NCBI GenBank assembly: GCA_047285305.1
Contig: JBJBDL010000003.1
Location: 32,001 to 96,000 of the forward strand
DNA: 64,000 nt
Direction: 5' to 3'
Source: Synechococcus sp.
Lineage (GTDB): Bacteria > Cyanobacteriota > Cyanobacteriia > PCC-6307 > Cyanobiaceae
Part shown: one piece after another, positions 31,257-42,424 of the stretch
Position numbering within the stretch: position 1 is the stretch's first letter
Layout of the letters: every line of letters begins with the position of its first letter
The notes under the pieces: model-generated
What the model was told of the DNA's origin: nothing
The model's input: the letters and a program-made list of their open reading frames with translations, nothing else
Databases searched by the model: none
Program-made: the position numbers and the translations under genes

Positions 31257-31613
31257 ATGGCGACTGCAACCACCAAGGCCAAGGCCACCGAGCGCATCAA
31301 GATGCGCATCCGCAAAGGCGACACCGTTCAGGTGATCGCCGGCAAGGACAAGGGCAAAACCGGTGCCGTTCTGCGCACCCTGCCCAACGAAAACCGTGTC
31401 GTCGTGGAGGGCGTGAACATGCGCACCCGCCACGAAAAGCCCACCCAGGAGGGCGAGACCGGCCGCATCGTGACGGAGGAAGCATCCCTGCATGCCTCCA
31501 ACGTGATGCTGTATTCCACCGACAAAAAGGTGGCCAGCCGCGTTGAAATCGTCGTCGAGAAGGACGGCACCAAGAAGCGCCGGCTGAAGAAAACCGGTGA
31601 AGTCCTCGACTGA
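31257..31613 (+). CDS. rplX: 50S ribosomal protein L24
   Basis: KGDTV.VI.GKDKGK.G KOW motif, VEGVN. Confidence 0.99.
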   Translation: MATATTKAKATERIKMRIRKGDTVQVIAGKDKGKTGAVLRTLPNENRVVVEGVNMRTRHEKPTQEGETGRIVTEEASLHASNVMLYSTDKKVASRVEIVVEKDGTKKRRLKKTGEVLD

Positions 31614-31653
31614 TCCCGACTTCTGACCACGCCCAGAAGCACCCCAACCCGTT

Positions 31654-32193
31654 ATGTCACTCAAGAAGCGCTACCGGGAGACCATCCAGCCCAAGCTGCA
31701 GAAGGATCTCTCCCTCACCAACATCCATGAAGTCCCCAAGGTGGTGAAAGTCACCGTCAACCGGGGGCTCGGCGAAGCCGCCGCCAATGCCAAGTCCCTC
31801 GAGGCTTCGGTGAATGAGCTGGCGCAGATCACCGGCCAGAAGGTCGTTGTGACCCGTGCCAAAAAAGCCATCGCCGGCTTCAAGATTCGGCAAGGCATGC
31901 CGATCGGCTGTGCCGTCACCCTCCGTGGTGATCGGATGTATGCCTTCCTCGAGCGCCTGATCAACCTGGCGCTGCCCCGCATCCGCGACTTCCGCGGGGT
32001 CAGCCCCAAGAGTTTCGATGGCCGCGGCAACTACACCCTTGGGGTGCGCGAACAGATCATTTTCCCTGAGATCTCCTTCGACAAGATCGATGCGATCCGG
32101 GGCATGGACATCACCATCGTGACCACTGCCCGTTCGGACGAAGAGGGCCGGGCCCTCCTCCGCGAGATGGGAATGCCGTTCCAGAGCAACTGA
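31654..32193 (+). CDS. rplE: 50S ribosomal protein L5
   Basis: [28 protein letters not shown]. Confidence 0.99.
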   Translation: MSLKKRYRETIQPKLQKDLSLTNIHEVPKVVKVTVNRGLGEAAANAKSLEASVNELAQITGQKVVVTRAKKAIAGFKIRQGMPIGCAVTLRGDRMYAFLERLINLALPRIRDFRGVSPKSFDGRGNYTLGVREQIIFPEISFDKIDAIRGMDITIVTTARSDEEGRALLREMGMPFQSN

Positions 32194-32212
32194 GCCCTCC
32201 CCGTCGACACCT

Positions 32213-32614
32213 ATGGCCAACCACGACCCCATTTCCGACATGCTCACCCGCATTCGCAATGCGAGTGAGAAACGTCACGAAACCACCAAGATCCCCGCTT
32301 CGCGAATGACCCGCAGCATCGCCAAGGTGCTGCAGCAGGAGGGCTTTATCTCCGAGATCAGCGAGCAGGGCGAAGGCGTTCGCACCGAACTGGTGCTCGC
32401 CCTCAAATACAGCGGCAAGCACAGGCTGCCCACCATCCGCTCCATGCAGCGGGTCAGCAAGCCCGGTCTCCGCATTTACAAGAACACTCGCGGCCTGCCC
32501 AAAGTCCTCGGCGGACTGGGCGTGGCGATCATCTCCACCTCCAAGGGTGTGATGAGCGACCGCGACGCCCGTCGTGAGGGCGTCGGTGGCGAAGTGCTCT
32601 GTTACGTCTACTGA
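32213..32614 (+). CDS. rpsH: 30S ribosomal protein S8
   Basis: [32 protein letters not shown]. Confidence 0.99.
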   Translation: MANHDPISDMLTRIRNASEKRHETTKIPASRMTRSIAKVLQQEGFISEISEQGEGVRTELVLALKYSGKHRLPTIRSMQRVSKPGLRIYKNTRGLPKVLGGLGVAIISTSKGVMSDRDARREGVGGEVLCYVY

Positions 32615-32628
32615 TCCGGAGCTGAACC

Positions 32629-33168
32629 ATGTCACGAATCGGCAAAAACCCTGTTCCCGTCCCTGAAAAGGTCACGGTTTCCCTCGACGGTCTCACCGTC
32701 AAGGTAAAAGGACCCAAAGGCGAACTGGAGCGCACCCTTCCTGAAGGCGTCAGCGTCAGCCAGGACAACAACACCATCGTGGTCTCTCCCACGAGCACCA
32801 AGCGCATCTCCCGTGAGCGCCACGGCCTGAGCCGCACCCTCGTCGCCAACATGATCGAGGGTGTCAGCAACGGCTACAGCAAGGCTCTCGAGATCGTTGG
32901 TGTGGGCTCCCGTGCCCAGGTCAAAGGCAAAACTCTCGTAGTGAGTGCTGGATACAGCCACCCCGTCGAGATGGAAGCCCCTGAAGGCATCACCTTCAAA
33001 GTGGAGAACAACACCAAGGTGATCGTCTCCGGCATCGATAAGGAGCTGGTGGGCAACGAAGCCGCCAAGGTCCGCGCCATCCGTCCCCCCGAGCCCTACA
33101 AGGGCAAGGGCATCAAGTACGAGGGCGAGCGCATCCTGCGCAAGGCAGGCAAGTCCGGCAAGAAATAA
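32629..33168 (+). CDS. rplF: 50S ribosomal protein L6
   Basis: [21 protein letters not shown]. Confidence 0.99.
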   Translation: MSRIGKNPVPVPEKVTVSLDGLTVKVKGPKGELERTLPEGVSVSQDNNTIVVSPTSTKRISRERHGLSRTLVANMIEGVSNGYSKALEIVGVGSRAQVKGKTLVVSAGYSHPVEMEAPEGITFKVENNTKVIVSGIDKELVGNEAAKVRAIRPPEPYKGKGIKYEGERILRKAGKSGKK

Positions 33169-33201
33169 GCCTTGTCCTGACGTTCCTTCCCTTCACCCAC
33201 C

Positions 33202-33570
33202 ATGTCCCAACTGTCCCGCAAACAGCAGACGCAAAAACGCCACCGGCGTCTGCGTCGTCACATCACCGGAACCTCAGACCGTCCGCGTCTGGCAGTGTTC
33301 CGCTCCAACAACCACATCTACGCCCAGGTCATCGACGACGCGGCACAGAGCACACTCTGCTCCGCCTCCACCGTTGACAAGGAGCTGCGCGCCGGCCTCA
33401 AGGCTCCGGCTGGCAGCTGCGACGCCTCTGTCGCCGTCGGCGAACTGGTCGCCAAGCGCGCCATCGCCAAAGGCATCCAGCAGGTGGTGTTCGACCGCGG
33501 CGGAAATCTGTACCACGGCCGGATTAAAGCCCTCGCCGATGCCGCCCGGGAAGCGGGCCTTCAGTTCTGA
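33202..33570 (+). CDS. rplR: 50S ribosomal protein L18
   Basis: RPRL.VFRSN.HIYAQ, VFDRGG..YHGR. Confidence 0.99.
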   Translation: MSQLSRKQQTQKRHRRLRRHITGTSDRPRLAVFRSNNHIYAQVIDDAAQSTLCSASTVDKELRAGLKAPAGSCDASVAVGELVAKRAIAKGIQQVVFDRGGNLYHGRIKALADAAREAGLQF

Positions 33571-33584
33571 TTCCTGCTCAACCC

Positions 33585-34229
33585 ATGACAGATTCCTCCC
33601 CCCAATCCAATCCCAACGCCGTGCCGGGTGCGGCCGACGTTCCAGCGGCAGCCGAAGGGCAGCAGCAACAGGAACAGCGCCGCGGCCGTGGCGACCGTGA
33701 CGGCCGTCGTGGCGACCGGCGTGGTGGTCGTCGCGGCCAGGAGCGCGACTCCGAATGGCAGGAGCGCGTGGTTCAAATCCGCCGCGTCTCCAAGACCGTC
33801 AAAGGCGGCAAGAAGATGAGCTTCCGGGCCATCGTGGTCGTCGGCAACGAAAAAGGCCAGGTCGGCGTCGGCGTCGGCAAGGCCGGTGATGTGATCGGTG
33901 CCGTCCGCAAGGGTGTTGCCGATGGCAAGAAGCACCTAGTCAAAGTGCCGTTGACCCGCCACAACTCCATCCCGACCCTCTCCAATGGTCGTGATGGTGC
34001 TGCCAGCGTGCTCATCCGCCCTGCAGCCCCTGGTACCGGTGTGATCGCTGGCGGTTCCATCCGCACAGTGCTCGAACTCGCCGGCATCAAGAATGTCCTG
34101 GCCAAGCGCCTGGGCAGCAAGACCCCCCTGAACAATGCACGGGCTGCCATGGTGGCCCTGTCGCTTCTCCGCACCCACAAGGAGACGGCGAAGGAACGGG
34201 GAATCTCCCTCGAACAGATCTATTCCTGA
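33585..34229 (+). CDS. rpsE: 30S ribosomal protein S5
   Basis: [18 protein letters not shown]; Arg/Gly/Asp-rich N-terminal extension. Confidence 0.99.
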   Translation: MTDSSPQSNPNAVPGAADVPAAAEGQQQQEQRRGRGDRDGRRGDRRGGRRGQERDSEWQERVVQIRRVSKTVKGGKKMSFRAIVVVGNEKGQVGVGVGKAGDVIGAVRKGVADGKKHLVKVPLTRHNSIPTLSNGRDGAASVLIRPAAPGTGVIAGGSIRTVLELAGIKNVLAKRLGSKTPLNNARAAMVALSLLRTHKETAKERGISLEQIYS

Positions 34230-34235
34230 TTCGCG

Positions 34236-34691
34236 ATGACTCTCCGACTCGATTCCCTCAAATCCAACAAGGGCGCTCGTCGCCGCAAATTGCGCAAGGG
34301 CCGCGGCATCGCCGCCGGTCAGGGTGCCAGCTGCGGCTTCGGCATGCGCGGCCAGAAATCCCGTTCAGGTCGCCCCACGCGTCCCGGCTTCGAGGGTGGC
34401 CAAATGCCTCTGTACCGCCGGGTCCCGAAGCTCAAGCACTTCCCCCTGGTGAATCCCAAGTCCTTCACCGTGCTCAACGTTTCTGCGTTGAACGACCTGA
34501 AGGACGGCAGCACCGTCAACTTGGATTCCTTGGTCAAGGACGGCATCGTGACCAGCCCCAAGCATCCTCTGAAGATTCTCGGTAACGGTGAACTGAAAGC
34601 CAACAAGCTGACAGTACAAGCTGCGGCGTTCACCGCCTCGGCTCGCACCAAGATCGAAGCCGCAGGCGGAACCTGCGAAATCCTCGACTAA
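34236..34691 (+). CDS. rplO: 50S ribosomal protein L15
   Basis: GRG...GQG...[23 protein letters not shown]. Confidence 0.99.
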   Translation: MTLRLDSLKSNKGARRRKLRKGRGIAAGQGASCGFGMRGQKSRSGRPTRPGFEGGQMPLYRRVPKLKHFPLVNPKSFTVLNVSALNDLKDGSTVNLDSLVKDGIVTSPKHPLKILGNGELKANKLTVQAAAFTASARTKIEAAGGTCEILD

Positions 34692-34795
34692 CCAAGGGCT
34701 CGTCCCCAAGTCAGCCCTAGGGTCTGAGCCGTCCGTCGGATTTCGATCCACGGGCGGCTTCTTGGCTTTTCGCCCAACTTCACTTTCTTCCAGAC

Positions 34796-36115
34796 ATGCT
34801 CGTCAGTCGGGGTCGCAACCCCAACGCCTCCGAAGTGATCGGCCAGCTGATCACCAACCCTGGGCTCCGCAGTCGCGTGCTCACCACACTCGGCCTGCTG
34901 TTGTTGGTGCGTCTTGGGATCTATATCCCAATGCCCGGAATCGATCGGGAAGCGTTCAAGCAGTTCATCGATCAAGGCGGACAGCTGATCGGTTTTCTCG
35001 ACATCTTCACCGGCGGCGGGATCTCCACCCTGGGCATCTTTGCCCTGGGGATCCTGCCCTTCATCAACGCCTCGATCATCCTCCAGCTGCTGACCGCAGC
35101 GCTGCCGCAGCTGGAAGATCTCCAGAAGAATGAAGGCGAGGCCGGCCGACGCAAGATCGCCCAAATCACCCGCTATGTGGCGCTGGGCTGGGGTCTCGTC
35201 CAAAGCGTGGTCTTCGCCATGATCCTGCGCCAATACGCCGTGGAAGGCCTCAGCGAAGTGACCTTCGTCGTGCAGACGGCACTGGCCCTGGTCACCGGCT
35301 CGATGGTGGTGATGTGGCTGAGTGAAGTGATCACGGAGCGGGGCATCGGCCAGGGCGCTTCCCTAGTGATTTTTCTGAACATCGTCGCCACCCTGCCGCG
35401 CACCCTCGGCGCCACGATCGAAGCCGCTCAAACCGGTGACCGCGACACCGTGCTGGGCATCATCGTTCTGTTGCTGGTGTTCCTGGCCACGATCGTTGGA
35501 ATCATCTTCGTGCAGGAGGGGGCTCGCCGTATCCCCATCGTCAGTGCCAAGCGCCAGGTAGGTGGAGCAGGTGTTCTCCCCACTCGTCAGAGCTATCTGC
35601 CGCTCAAGCTGAATGCAGGCGGTGTGATGCCGATCATTTTCGCCTCAGCCCTGATTTTTCTGCCGGTCACCATCGCCAACCTCACCAAAAGCGAGTGGTT
35701 GATCCGTGCAGCCAGTGCCCTGAATCCCGGGGCAGCGAACCCCTGGCCGTACGCACTCACGTTTTTTGCGTTGATCCTGGGCTTCTCCTATTTCTACGCC
35801 TCACTCACGGTGAATCCCGCTGACATCGCCACCAACCTGAAACGGGGTGGCGTGGCGATTCCAGGCGTCCGCCCTGGCAGCGCCACGACCACCTATCTCT
35901 CAGGAGTCCAGAACCGTCTCACCTTGTTGGGTGGTCTGTTCCTCGGCGCCGTCGCCATCATTCCTGCGGCCGTCGAACGCGCCACCAATGTGCAGACCTT
36001 CCAGGGGCTTGGCGCCACCTCTCTGCTGATCCTAGTCGGTGTGGCCATCGACACGGCCAAACAGGTGCAGACCTATGTGATCTCACAACGCTACGAAGGA
36101 CTCGTTCGCCAGTGA
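34796..36115 (+). CDS. secY: Preprotein translocase subunit SecY
   Basis: FALGILPFINASII.QLL, ITERGIG.G.S, AGGVMPIIFA, IPGVRPG. Confidence 0.99.
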   Translation: MLVSRGRNPNASEVIGQLITNPGLRSRVLTTLGLLLLVRLGIYIPMPGIDREAFKQFIDQGGQLIGFLDIFTGGGISTLGIFALGILPFINASIILQLLTAALPQLEDLQKNEGEAGRRKIAQITRYVALGWGLVQSVVFAMILRQYAVEGLSEVTFVVQTALALVTGSMVVMWLSEVITERGIGQGASLVIFLNIVATLPRTLGATIEAAQTGDRDTVLGIIVLLLVFLATIVGIIFVQEGARRIPIVSAKRQVGGAGVLPTRQSYLPLKLNAGGVMPIIFASALIFLPVTIANLTKSEWLIRAASALNPGAANPWPYALTFFALILGFSYFYASLTVNPADIATNLKRGGVAIPGVRPGSATTTYLSGVQNRLTLLGGLFLGAVAIIPAAVERATNVQTFQGLGATSLLILVGVAIDTAKQVQTYVISQRYEGLVRQ

Positions 36116-36167
36116 GTGCTTCTGGGCAGCGCACCTTCCGTTCACTTCACCTCACGCTTACGCAACC

Positions 36168-36719
36168 ATGAAAAATCGCTTGCTCTTCCTTGGCCCTCCC
36201 GGAGCCGGCAAAGGCACCCAGGCCGCCCGACTGTGCGATGCCAACAGCATGAAGCATCTGTCCACAGGAGATCTGCTGCGCTCTGAAGTGGCAGCCGGCA
36301 GCGAACTGGGCCAAGAAGCTGAAGCGGTGATGAACCGTGGCGAACTGGTGAGCGACGCCCTCGTGCTGGCGATTGTGGAAAGCCAGATGAAGGCCCTCAC
36401 CACAGATGGCTGGCTGCTGGATGGGTTTCCCCGCACGGTGCCCCAGGCTGAAGCACTCGAACCCCTGCTGGCCGAACTGGAGCAACCCATCCAAGCCGTG
36501 GTTCTGCTGGAGCTGGATGACGCCGTTTTGATTGAACGGCTGCTGGCCCGCGGACGCGCCGACGACAACGAAGCGGTGATCCGCAATCGCCTTGAGGTTT
36601 ATCGCGAGAAAACCGCACCCCTGATTAGCTTCTACAGCGATAAGGGGCTCCTGGTTTCCGTCCCAGCCCAGGGCACAGTCGAGGAGATCACCAAGCGGAT
36701 CGAGTCCGTTCTCGGTTGA
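36168..36719 (+). CDS. adk: Adenylate kinase (short type)
   Basis: [27 protein letters not shown]. Confidence 0.98.
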   Translation: MKNRLLFLGPPGAGKGTQAARLCDANSMKHLSTGDLLRSEVAAGSELGQEAEAVMNRGELVSDALVLAIVESQMKALTTDGWLLDGFPRTVPQAEALEPLLAELEQPIQAVVLLELDDAVLIERLLARGRADDNEAVIRNRLEVYREKTAPLISFYSDKGLLVSVPAQGTVEEITKRIESVLG

Positions 36720-36725
36720 CCGGCA

Positions 36726-36734
36726 TGGTAATGT
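36726..36734 (+). promoter_or_regulatory. Putative internal extended -10 promoter for rpmJ-rpsM-rpsK-rpoA
   Basis: TGGTAATGT in the adk-rpmJ spacer. Confidence 0.4.
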
Positions 36735-36765
36735 TGCCGTTTGGAAATTTGGAGAGCCACGCCTC

Positions 36766-36879
36766 ATGAAGGTGCGCAGCTCAGTGAAAAAAATGTGTGA
36801 CAAGTGCCGGGTGATCCGTCGCCACGGCAAGGTCATGGTCATTTGCGCCAACCCCAAGCACAAACAGCGCCAGGGCTGA
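36766..36879 (+). CDS. rpmJ: 50S ribosomal protein L36 (below the ORF-track length cutoff)
   Basis: Hand translation [45 protein letters not shown]. Confidence 0.98.
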   Translation: MKVRSSVKKMCDKCRVIRRHGKVMVICANPKHKQRQG

Positions 36880-36950
36880 TCCCCCGCTGTTCTGAAACAT
36901 TCCTCGCCTCCAGGACTTCGGAGGCATCTGTCCTTTTCAACTAAACGAAC

Positions 36951-37316
36951 GTGGCACGGATCGCCGGCGTTGACATTCCCCGCGACAAGCGGATCGAAGT
37001 GTCCCTCACCTACATCTACGGAGTTGGTCTCACCCGCTCACAGGCCATCCTGGCCAAAACCGGCGTGAACCCCGACATCCGGGTGAAAGATCTGGAGGAC
37101 GGAGATCTTCAGAAGCTCCGCAACGCCATGGAGGAGTACACCCTCGAAGGCGATCTGCGCCGTCAGGAGGGCATGGCCCTCAAGCGCCTGCAGGACATCG
37201 GCTGCGTCCGTGGCCGTCGCCACCGCATGAGCCTTCCCGTTCGTGGCCAACGCACCCGCACCAACGCCCGCACCCGCCGCGGCGCGCGGAAGACTGTGGC
37301 CGGCAAGAAGAAGTAA
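36951..37316 (+). CDS. rpsM: 30S ribosomal protein S13
   Basis: [33 protein letters not shown]. Confidence 0.99.
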   Translation: MARIAGVDIPRDKRIEVSLTYIYGVGLTRSQAILAKTGVNPDIRVKDLEDGDLQKLRNAMEEYTLEGDLRRQEGMALKRLQDIGCVRGRRHRMSLPVRGQRTRTNARTRRGARKTVAGKKK

Positions 37317-37351
37317 GTCCTCTACATCGTTATCCCTGACTGCATACGGCC

Positions 37352-37744
37352 ATGGCTAAAACCGTCAAAAAATCCGGCCCCAAGAAGGCCAAGCGCAACG
37401 TCCCGAACGGCGTCGCTCACATCCAGAGCACCTTCAACAACACCATCGTGTCCATCACCGACACTGCCGGTGAGGTGATTTCTTGGTCGTCTGCAGGTGC
37501 CAGTGGCTTCAAAGGTGCTCGCAAAGGCACCCCCTTCGCGGCTCAAACCGCTGCAGAAGCAGCAGCACGTCGCGCCCTTGACCAAGGCATGCGTCAGATC
37601 GAAGTGCTGGTGAGGGGTCCTGGCTCAGGCCGTGAGACCGCCATCCGTGCTCTCCAGGTTGCTGGCCTCGAAATCACCCTGATTCGCGACGTCACCCCCC
37701 TGCCCCATAACGGTTGCCGCCGGCCCAAGCGCCGCCGCGTCTGA
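37352..37744 (+). CDS. rpsK: 30S ribosomal protein S11
   Basis: STFNNT, GFKG.RK.TPFAA, GPG.GRE, DVTP.PHNGCR. Confidence 0.99.
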   Translation: MAKTVKKSGPKKAKRNVPNGVAHIQSTFNNTIVSITDTAGEVISWSSAGASGFKGARKGTPFAAQTAAEAAARRALDQGMRQIEVLVRGPGSGRETAIRALQVAGLEITLIRDVTPLPHNGCRRPKRRRV

Positions 37745-37791
37745 ACCGAGCTGATTTCCGTCCGGTTTCTCCCCTTACCCCGATTCAGACC

Positions 37792-38730
37792 GTGTTGCAG
37801 TACCAGATTGATCGCATTGAGCATCAGGTGGCCGAGGATCGCGCCCAGTCCGGCGTTTTCCTGATCGGTCCCCTCGAGCGTGGCCAGGCCACGACCCTGG
37901 GCAACGCGCTGCGCCGCGTGCTGATGGGTGGTCTGGAAGGCAGTGCTGTCACCGCCATCCGTATTGCCGGTGTCAATCACGAATACGCCACGGTTCCTGG
38001 GGTCCGTGAAGACGTTCTCGACATCCTGCTGAACTGCAAGGAGCTCACCGTCAACAGCCGTTCGGCCGAACTCGAGATCGGTCGTCTCGTGGTGGCTGGT
38101 CCCGCTGAAGTAAAGGCCGGAGATCTTCAGTTCTCCTCTCAGGTGCAGGTGGTGGACGCCGATCGTCCGATCGCCACCGTGGCCGACGGCCACAGTCTCG
38201 AGCTGGAAGTGCACGTTGAGCGCGGCGTTGGCTATCGCCCGGTGGATCGTCACAACGAAGAAACCAGTGCCATCGATCTGCTCCAGATCGATGCAGTGTT
38301 CATGCCCGTGACCCGGGTCAACTTCACCATCGACGAAACCGCCGTTGCCGAAGGCGGTTCGGCCCGCGAGCGCCTGCGGATGGAGATCGTCACCGACGGC
38401 TCCATCACCCCCGACGACGCCCTGGCTCAATCAGCCAATCAATTGATTGAGCTGTTCCAGCCGCTGGCCACGGTCACTCTCGTGGAGGAAGTTCCTGCTG
38501 AACCCGAACCCTCGGCGGAAGCACAGATTCCTCTTGAGGAACTGAACCTTTCGGTTCGGGCCTACAACTGCCTCAAGCGGGCCCAGGTCAACTCAGTGTC
38601 TGACCTGATGGGCTTCAGCTACGAGGATCTTCTGGAGATCAAGAACTTCGGTTCCAAATCCGCTGATGAAGTGATCGAAGCCCTCGAGCGCATCGGCATC
38701 TCCATCCCCCAGAGCCGCACTTCTGCATAA
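37792..38730 (+). CDS. rpoA: RNA polymerase alpha subunit
   Basis: [38 protein letters not shown] start. Confidence 0.99.
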   Translation: MLQYQIDRIEHQVAEDRAQSGVFLIGPLERGQATTLGNALRRVLMGGLEGSAVTAIRIAGVNHEYATVPGVREDVLDILLNCKELTVNSRSAELEIGRLVVAGPAEVKAGDLQFSSQVQVVDADRPIATVADGHSLELEVHVERGVGYRPVDRHNEETSAIDLLQIDAVFMPVTRVNFTIDETAVAEGGSARERLRMEIVTDGSITPDDALAQSANQLIELFQPLATVTLVEEVPAEPEPSAEAQIPLEELNLSVRAYNCLKRAQVNSVSDLMGFSYEDLLEIKNFGSKSADEVIEALERIGISIPQSRTSA

Positions 38731-38779
38731 CTGCAGAACGGCCTGAACGTCCTTTTTCGTCTTCGTCACCGACAGAACC

Positions 38780-39130
38780 ATGCGTCATCAATGCCGAGTT
38801 CCTCAGCTGGGACGTCCAGCTGACCAGCGCAAGGCAATGCTGCGCGCCCTGACCACCCAGCTGATTCGCGAAGGTCGGGTCACCACCACCAAGGCACGGG
38901 CCAAAGCGCTTCGCGACGAAGCCGAGCGCATGATCACCCTGGCCAAGGACGGCAGCCTCGCCTCCCGTCGCCGGGCCATGGGTTACATCTACGACAAGCA
39001 GCTGGTGCATGCCCTGTTCGACAAGGCTCCCAACCGCTACAGCGATCGCAAGGGTGGCTACACCCGCATCACCCGCACCGTTCCCCGTCGTGGCGACAAC
39101 GCCGAGATGGCCATCATTGAACTGGTCTGA
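38780..39130 (+). CDS. rplQ: 50S ribosomal protein L17
   Basis: MRH, TT..RAK, R.GGYTRI, R.GDNA.MA.IELV. Confidence 0.99.
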
Positions 39131-39155
39131 TCAGACCTCACGTCAGTTCTGACGT

Positions 39156-40037
39156 TTGAACACCCAACCCTCGTCTGCAGGTCCTGAGCAAGCGTCCCTT
39201 CAGCGGATCGCGCTCAGCCTTCAGTACGAGGGTTCTTCGTTTTGTGGGTGGCAGCGCCAACGCAACGGTCGCAGTGTTCAGGCCGTGCTGGAGGACGCCA
39301 TCGCCCAGCTTGATCCGCACCGACCGGTGCAGACCTTTGCCGCCGGTCGCACCGATGCCGGCGTTCATGCCGCCGGTCAGGTGGTGCACTTCGACTGCAG
39401 TGGGCCGATCCCAGCTCGCAAATGGGCCCCGGCCTTGAACGGACGCCTGCCGAGCACCATTCGTGTGCGCGAATCCGTCGCCCGTCCCCTGGATTGGCAT
39501 GCCTGTTACTCCGCCACCTACAGGCGGTACCGGTACACGATTCACAACGGGCGCCGCCCCAATTTGTTTTTAAGCCCCTGGAGCTGGCACCGTTACCAAC
39601 ACAGGCTGGATGAGTCCCGCATGCGGGACGCTTTGAGCAGCATGCTTGGTCTGCACGACTTCAGCGCCTTCATGAAGGCAGGCAGCCGTCGCGCCCATGC
39701 CCGAACCACCGTGCAGGAGGTGCTCGTGGAGCGCCAAGGCGATCTTCTGCGGGTTGAAATTCAGGCCAGTGGTTTTCTGTACGGCATGGTTCGCCTGCTG
39801 ATGGCCCAGTTGGTGGCCGTTGGCGAGCACCGTCTCAGTGTTGCCGCCTTTGAACAGCGCTGGAGGGAACGACGACGCCATGAGGTGAAAGAGGCGGCGC
39901 CGGCCACGGGCCTCTGCCTGCTTCGGGCTGGCTATGCCGAGCCCATCTTCACCAAAGCCGGCTGGTACGATTGTCAGCCGTGGTTTTTTCTGGCCGAGAG
40001 CGATCCGCCTCCGGATCCACCCTCAACGCCGGGATAA
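39156..40037 (+). CDS. truA: tRNA pseudouridine(38-40) synthase
   Basis: [37 protein letters not shown]. Confidence 0.97.
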   Translation: MNTQPSSAGPEQASLQRIALSLQYEGSSFCGWQRQRNGRSVQAVLEDAIAQLDPHRPVQTFAAGRTDAGVHAAGQVVHFDCSGPIPARKWAPALNGRLPSTIRVRESVARPLDWHACYSATYRRYRYTIHNGRRPNLFLSPWSWHRYQHRLDESRMRDALSSMLGLHDFSAFMKAGSRRAHARTTVQEVLVERQGDLLRVEIQASGFLYGMVRLLMAQLVAVGEHRLSVAAFEQRWRERRRHEVKEAAPATGLCLLRAGYAEPIFTKAGWYDCQPWFFLAESDPPPDPPSTPG

Positions 40038-40192
40038 ACGGGCCTCTACTTCGAAAGCTGCCCAACTCACTGGAGCTGGAGGGCCGAAGAGTAAGCTCGA
40101 TCTTTAGCCCCGTCAGGTCCAGTTCTGGACCGACCCCTTTGCCCAGTTCCGCTTCTTCAGGCGGGACATAACCGAACCGGCATGCCGGCGCG

Positions 40193-40645
40193 ATGAACAA
40201 GACCTCTCTCCCCCCGATTGATTCGATCGACCGCCAGTGGTACGTGGTGGACGCTGAGAATCAAACCCTCGGCCGTCTGGCCACTGAAGTGGCCGCCGTG
40301 CTGCGTGGCAAGAACAACCCCAGCTTCACCCCCCATCTGGACACCGGTGATTTTGTCGTCGTCGTGAACGCCGAGAAGATCAAAGTCTCCGGCCGTAAGC
40401 CCCAGCAGAAGCTGTACCGCCGTCACTCCGGTCGTCCCGGCGGCATGAAGGTGGAAACCTTCGAAGCTCTGCAGGAACGGATCCCAGAGCGGATCGTGGA
40501 GAAGGCCATCAAAGGCATGCTGCCCCACAACGCCCTGGGCCGCCAGATGTTCCGCAAGCTCAAGGTCTACAAAGGCACCGAGCATCCCCACGCCGCTCAG
40601 AAGCCCCAGCCTCTTCAGCTCAACCCCTCCGCATCCGCCCAATGA
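40193..40645 (+). CDS. rplM: 50S ribosomal protein L13
   Basis: W.VVDA....LGRLA, LRGK, DTGD.V.V.NA. Confidence 0.99.
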   Translation: MNKTSLPPIDSIDRQWYVVDAENQTLGRLATEVAAVLRGKNNPSFTPHLDTGDFVVVVNAEKIKVSGRKPQQKLYRRHSGRPGGMKVETFEALQERIPERIVEKAIKGMLPHNALGRQMFRKLKVYKGTEHPHAAQKPQPLQLNPSASAQ

Positions 40646-41043
40646 GCAACAACTCCGTCGTCTACTGGGGCACCGGTCGTCGCAAGACCTCTGTCGCCCG
40701 TGTTCGTCTCGTCCCCGGCAATGGAACGATCACCATCAACGGTCGTCCCGGTGACAACTATCTGAACTACAACCCCTCGTACATCGCAGCGGTGAAGGCT
40801 CCCTTGGAGACCCTCGGCCTCAGCAGCGAGTACGACATCCTCGTCAACGTTCATGGTGGTGGACTCACTGGTCAGTCCGGCGCCATCAAGCAAGGTGCAG
40901 CCCGCGCCCTGTGTGAACTGTCTGCCGACAACCGCAAGCCGCTGAAGACGGAAGGTCACCTCAGCCGCGACCCCCGTGCCAAGGAACGCCGCAAGTACGG
41001 CCTCAAGAAAGCCCGTAAGGCTCCTCAGTTCTCCAAGCGCTGA
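40642..41043 (+). CDS. rpsI: 30S ribosomal protein S9
   Basis: GTGRRK.SVARV, GGG..GQ, RD.R.KER.K.GL.KAR..PQFSKR. Confidence 0.99.
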   Translation: MSNNSVVYWGTGRRKTSVARVRLVPGNGTITINGRPGDNYLNYNPSYIAAVKAPLETLGLSSEYDILVNVHGGGLTGQSGAIKQGAARALCELSADNRKPLKTEGHLSRDPRAKERRKYGLKKARKAPQFSKR

Positions 41044-41056
41044 TTTTTTTTTACCG

Positions 41057-41308
41057 ATGCCAAAGCCCGACATTCATCCCACCTGGTATCCCGACGCCAA
41101 GGTGATCTGCAACGGCGAAGTGGTCATGACCACAGGCGCCACCCAGCCGGAGATCCACGTCGACGTCTGGAGCGGCAACCACCCCTTCTTCACCGGCACC
41201 CAGAAGATCCTCGACACCGAGGGGCGTGTGGACCGCTTCATGAAGAAGTACGGCATGGGCACCAAGAAAAAAGGTGCCGACTCTGCCAAGGCCGAGTCCA
41301 AGGCCTGA
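41057..41308 (+). CDS. rpmE: 50S ribosomal protein L31
   Basis: MPK.DIHP.W, DVWSGNHPFFTG.Q...DTEGRV.RF. Confidence 0.97.
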   Translation: MPKPDIHPTWYPDAKVICNGEVVMTTGATQPEIHVDVWSGNHPFFTGTQKILDTEGRVDRFMKKYGMGTKKKGADSAKAESKA

Positions 41309-41323
41309 GGGTGAGAACGGGGC

Positions 41324-42421
41324 ATGGACGCCTCGACCTTGTTCACACGGCTGGAAACAGCCACAGCCAGCTTCCGCAACCTCGAGCGGCAGCTGGCTGA
41401 TCCTGATGTGGCCGCTGATCCGAAGCGGCTTGAATCGATCGCACGGGAGCGATCAAGACTCGAGCCACTCGTGCTCGATTTCGAGGAACTCCAGAAGCTC
41501 GAATCCGAGCGTGATTCCGCACGTCAGCTGCTGAAAGACAGTCGCGGTGACGCTGCGATGGAGGAACTGGCGCAGGATGAGTTGGCCAGCCTCCAGGAAC
41601 AGCACGCAACGCTGACGGAGCGGCTCACCCTGGCTCTGCTGCCGCAGGATCCCCGCGATGAGCGCAGTGTGATGCTGGAAATTCGTGCCGGCGCAGGCGG
41701 CGATGAGGCCTGTCTCTGGGCCGGTGATCTGGCACGGATGTATGAGCGTTACAGCCAAAAAGTGGGCTGGGCCGTGCAATCCATCAGCTGCACCGAGGCC
41801 GACCTGGGCGGGTTTCGCGAACTGATCCTGTCGGTGCGTGGCGACAGCGTCTACAGCCAACTGAAATTTGAAGCGGGAGTGCATCGGGTGCAACGGGTCC
41901 CGGCCACGGAATCCCAGGGTCGGGTCCACACCTCAACAGCCACGGTGGCCGTGATGCCCGAAGCCGATGCCGTGGAAGTTCAGCTCGACCCGAAGGATCT
42001 CGATATCAGCACCGCGCGTTCAGGCGGTGCTGGGGGGCAGAACGTCAACAAGGTGGAAACAGCTGTGGACCTTCTCCACAAACCCACGGGCATCCGCGTG
42101 TTCTGCACCCAGGAACGCTCCCAGCTGCAGAACCGGGAACGGGCCCTGGAGATCCTGCGCGCCAAATTGTTGGAGCGGGAGCAGGCGGCTGCCGCAGAAC
42201 GCGAAAGCAGCGACCGACGCGCCCAAGTGGGCAGTGGTGACCGCTCCGAAAAAATCCGCACCTACAACTACAAAGACAACCGAACCACAGATCACCGGCT
42301 GGGCCGAAACTTCACCCTGGAACCTGTGTTGGAGGGCCAGCTAGAAGACCTGATTGGTGCCTGCATCGCCGAAGAGCAACGTCAGAAACTCGAAGCGCTG
42401 AGCGATCAAGCCGAGGCCTGA
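41324..42421 (+). CDS. prfA: Peptide chain release factor 1
   Basis: PAT anticodon-like motif (VQRVPATE), GGQ motif, RSEKIRTYN. Confidence 0.98.
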   Translation: MDASTLFTRLETATASFRNLERQLADPDVAADPKRLESIARERSRLEPLVLDFEELQKLESERDSARQLLKDSRGDAAMEELAQDELASLQEQHATLTERLTLALLPQDPRDERSVMLEIRAGAGGDEACLWAGDLARMYERYSQKVGWAVQSISCTEADLGGFRELILSVRGDSVYSQLKFEAGVHRVQRVPATESQGRVHTSTATVAVMPEADAVEVQLDPKDLDISTARSGGAGGQNVNKVETAVDLLHKPTGIRVFCTQERSQLQNRERALEILRAKLLEREQAAAAERESSDRRAQVGSGDRSEKIRTYNYKDNRTTDHRLGRNFTLEPVLEGQLEDLIGACIAEEQRQKLEALSDQAEA

Positions 42422-42424
42422 CGG

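Noticed and set aside
36906..36925. Hairpin GCCTCC-N8-GGAGGC before rpsM as an alpha-operon S4 pseudoknot
   Set aside because: Only a single 6-bp stem is visible, and rpsD is not in this operon
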